A stretch of DNA of 64,000 nt from the human T2T-CHM13v2.0 reference genome, Homo sapiens, in assembly GCF_009914755.1 (NCBI RefSeq), contig NC_060927.1; one strand, written 5' to 3'. The translations under genes and the position numbers were made by a program. The first letter of the stretch is position 1; each line of letters starts with the position of its first letter. The notes under the pieces are model-generated. The model saw only the letters and a program-made list of their open reading frames with translations. It was not told where the DNA came from and ran no database searches. Below, one piece after another: positions 62,084 through 64,000 of this stretch.

Positions 62084-63420
62084 GCGGAGTGAGGTGCCCT
62101 GGAGAAGCAGGCTTTGAAGGCACAGCGAAGCTGTAACTGAGGACCCTGCTGCTTGGGAAGGAGGTGGTTTCCAGTGTGACTCGGCATGTCATGGCTACCC
62201 AACCTTTGCCGCTGCCTGTTCCCACGTGTCACCAGCACGCTGCACTCCAGATGAAATCCTCCTAGGACAGGAGTTTGTTTCCTGAGTGTGGAGTGAGGCT
62301 GTCAGTGGATCCGTGCTTTGTCGGCCAGCGTTTCTGCAGTCTTTGTAAAGGCCCCACGAGAGCGGGCCAGGCCGTGTGCCTCAGGCCCTTCTCCCTGGGT
62401 GTGCTTAAGGGGGCTCCTTGGGCCCGCCTCCCCAGGAGGTAGAAAATGAGTGGCAGGCTAGAGATTTCACCCATTTTGTGGGCTGGAGTTACCAGTAGCT
62501 CCAGCAGTTACCCTGAAGAGAGATTGGGCTTCAGCCTTCAGCAGGTGGTTCTCTCCCATGCCTGGCCTTGGTGTGGAGGGGCTGTACTCTGAGCCCAAGT
62601 GAGTCAGCTATAGGAAGAGGCCATACCTAGAGCCAAGAACCATGAAGGCCTGAGAGACGGCAGACTGAGCAGAATTCCTTTTTTGAGCACGAGAGCATTA
62701 CTAGAACCATTGTCAAAGCAGTGGCAAGGGACGGAGAGGTCCCAACAGGAGTCAGGAAGAGGTTTGATTATAACCAAGAAAACTCACTATGCTAGGAATA
62801 GACTGTGTGCACCAGTCCCAGACACTTGGCAGAAGTGTAGCAGCGTTACACATGTGTGCGAAGCAGATCGCAGGTTCCACGCCATCTGCATGGCCTGCAG
62901 GAGCTTCTGCTGCTGACCCCATGCTGAGTGGCCAGTGGGGAGCGGCGCCCGGCAGGCTCTTCTGGGGTCGTCTGTCCTATCCGTGGATTGTATATACTCT
63001 TCTCTGTTAAGGAGTTTTTCCCAAGAAGAAAAGTATTTAAAAGAAATACCAGTGAGTGCCTTAAAGTTGGAGAAGTAACTGCCCATGCCCAGAAATAAGG
63101 ATGCCAGTGCCCAGAAGCAGTGAGATTAGTCTGTGTCCACAAGCAGAGGCCCCCTCGATGGGAGGGAGTGGCAGGCAGGAGAAGGTGGCGCTGCCAGGTG
63201 CCCGGGTCTATTGGAGGCGCCCCATCTCAGACTTCCTAACACAGCCTGTGTGGAAGGCAGAACAAAGAATGCATGCCCAGTCAGAAATCTGTTCTATTCT
63301 GCTCCAGGAAAATCGGAAACCTGTGAGTCAGAGTCAGAGAAACTTACCCAAGCAACGTAATTCCTGTTTTCATGGGTCCTGTAGATGTTTGAGTCAGGAA
63401 GGTAAGGCGGGGAGTGACTG

Positions 63421-63426
63421 AATAAA
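63421..63426 (+). promoter_or_regulatory. Candidate polyadenylation signal AATAAA
   Basis: AATAAA in the 3'UTR, 25 nt upstream of an Alu. Confidence 0.4.
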
Positions 63427-63450
63427 CTCTGCCTTTTAAATTGAGCATCT

Positions 63451-63740
63451 GGGCCGGGCATGGTGGCTCACGCCTGTAATCCCAGCACTCTGGGAGGTCG
63501 AGGTGGGTGGGTCACCTGAGGTTGGGAGTTCGAGACCAGCCCGACCAACATGGTGAAACCCCGTCTCTACTAAAAATACAGAAAATTAGCTGGGCATGGT
63601 GGTGTGTGCCTGTAATTCCAGCTACTCGGGAGGCTGAGGCAGGAAGAATCACTTGAACCCAGGAGGCGGAGGTTGCAGTGTGCCAAGATCATACCACTGC
63701 ACTCCAGCCCTGGTGACAGAGGAGACCCCGTCTCAAAAAT
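63451..63740 (+). mobile_element. Sense AluS in the 3'UTR
   Basis: ggccgggcatggtggctcacgcc...ccgtctcaaaaa. Confidence 0.92.
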
Positions 63741-64000
63741 TGATTGATCAATTCAGCATCTGAGGGCTGCAAGTACAGAAGGAATCTATTCTCAGCAGGG
63801 CATAGGGCACGCACTGGCTTAACAGTTTAGTATATAAGGCTCAAATAGTCTATACCTGAACTGCTATAAGCAAGGTCGATAGGGAAGTGGATAGATTGCT
63901 TCAGCAAAGTGAACTGTGAGATCTCCAGGACAGAGGGAGAAAGATCTGATCCAAATGAGAACAGATTGGTTATTGCAGGTATCACAGCCTAAAGAAATTA

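Larger units (their letters stand above)
62084..64000 (+). other. YEATS2: YEATS2 3'UTR (probably continues beyond the window)
   Basis: Follows the stop codon; mostly non-repetitive apart from one Alu; AATAAA at 63421. Confidence 0.75.

Noticed and set aside
62683-63421. Several 70-106 aa ORFs in the 3'UTR
   Set aside because: No recognisable domains; expected by chance in GC-richer UTR sequence.

Overview
This is primate genomic DNA, almost certainly human. It covers the 3' two-thirds of YEATS2 (ATAC histone-acetyltransferase scaffold and acyl-lysine reader) on the + strand. I reconstructed 22 GT-AG coding exons (3540-62083) whose phases join into one open frame of 3297 nt (1098 aa plus stop). 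The frame runs from the end of the YEATS domain through a long S/T/G/V/Q-rich disordered region with a poly-Gly tract to the C-terminal histone fold, followed by 3'UTR. The introns are dense in Alus, with L1, L2, MIR, MLT LTR and Tigger/Charlie DNA-transposon relics; repeat coordinates and subfamily names are by eye and approximate. Nearly all other ORFs in the track are Alu/L1 artefacts. I see no evidence of a wholly new biological system. The leads worth checking are: candidate poison or alternative-terminal exons with strong splice sites, a predicted spliced antisense intron, a tiny L1-mobilised polyadenylated ERV-LTR retrocopy with 20-bp TSDs, a templated-insertion scar, a perfect 88-bp G-quadruplex tandem duplication, and apparent non-reference coding alleles (Ile530 and a 10-Gly tract).
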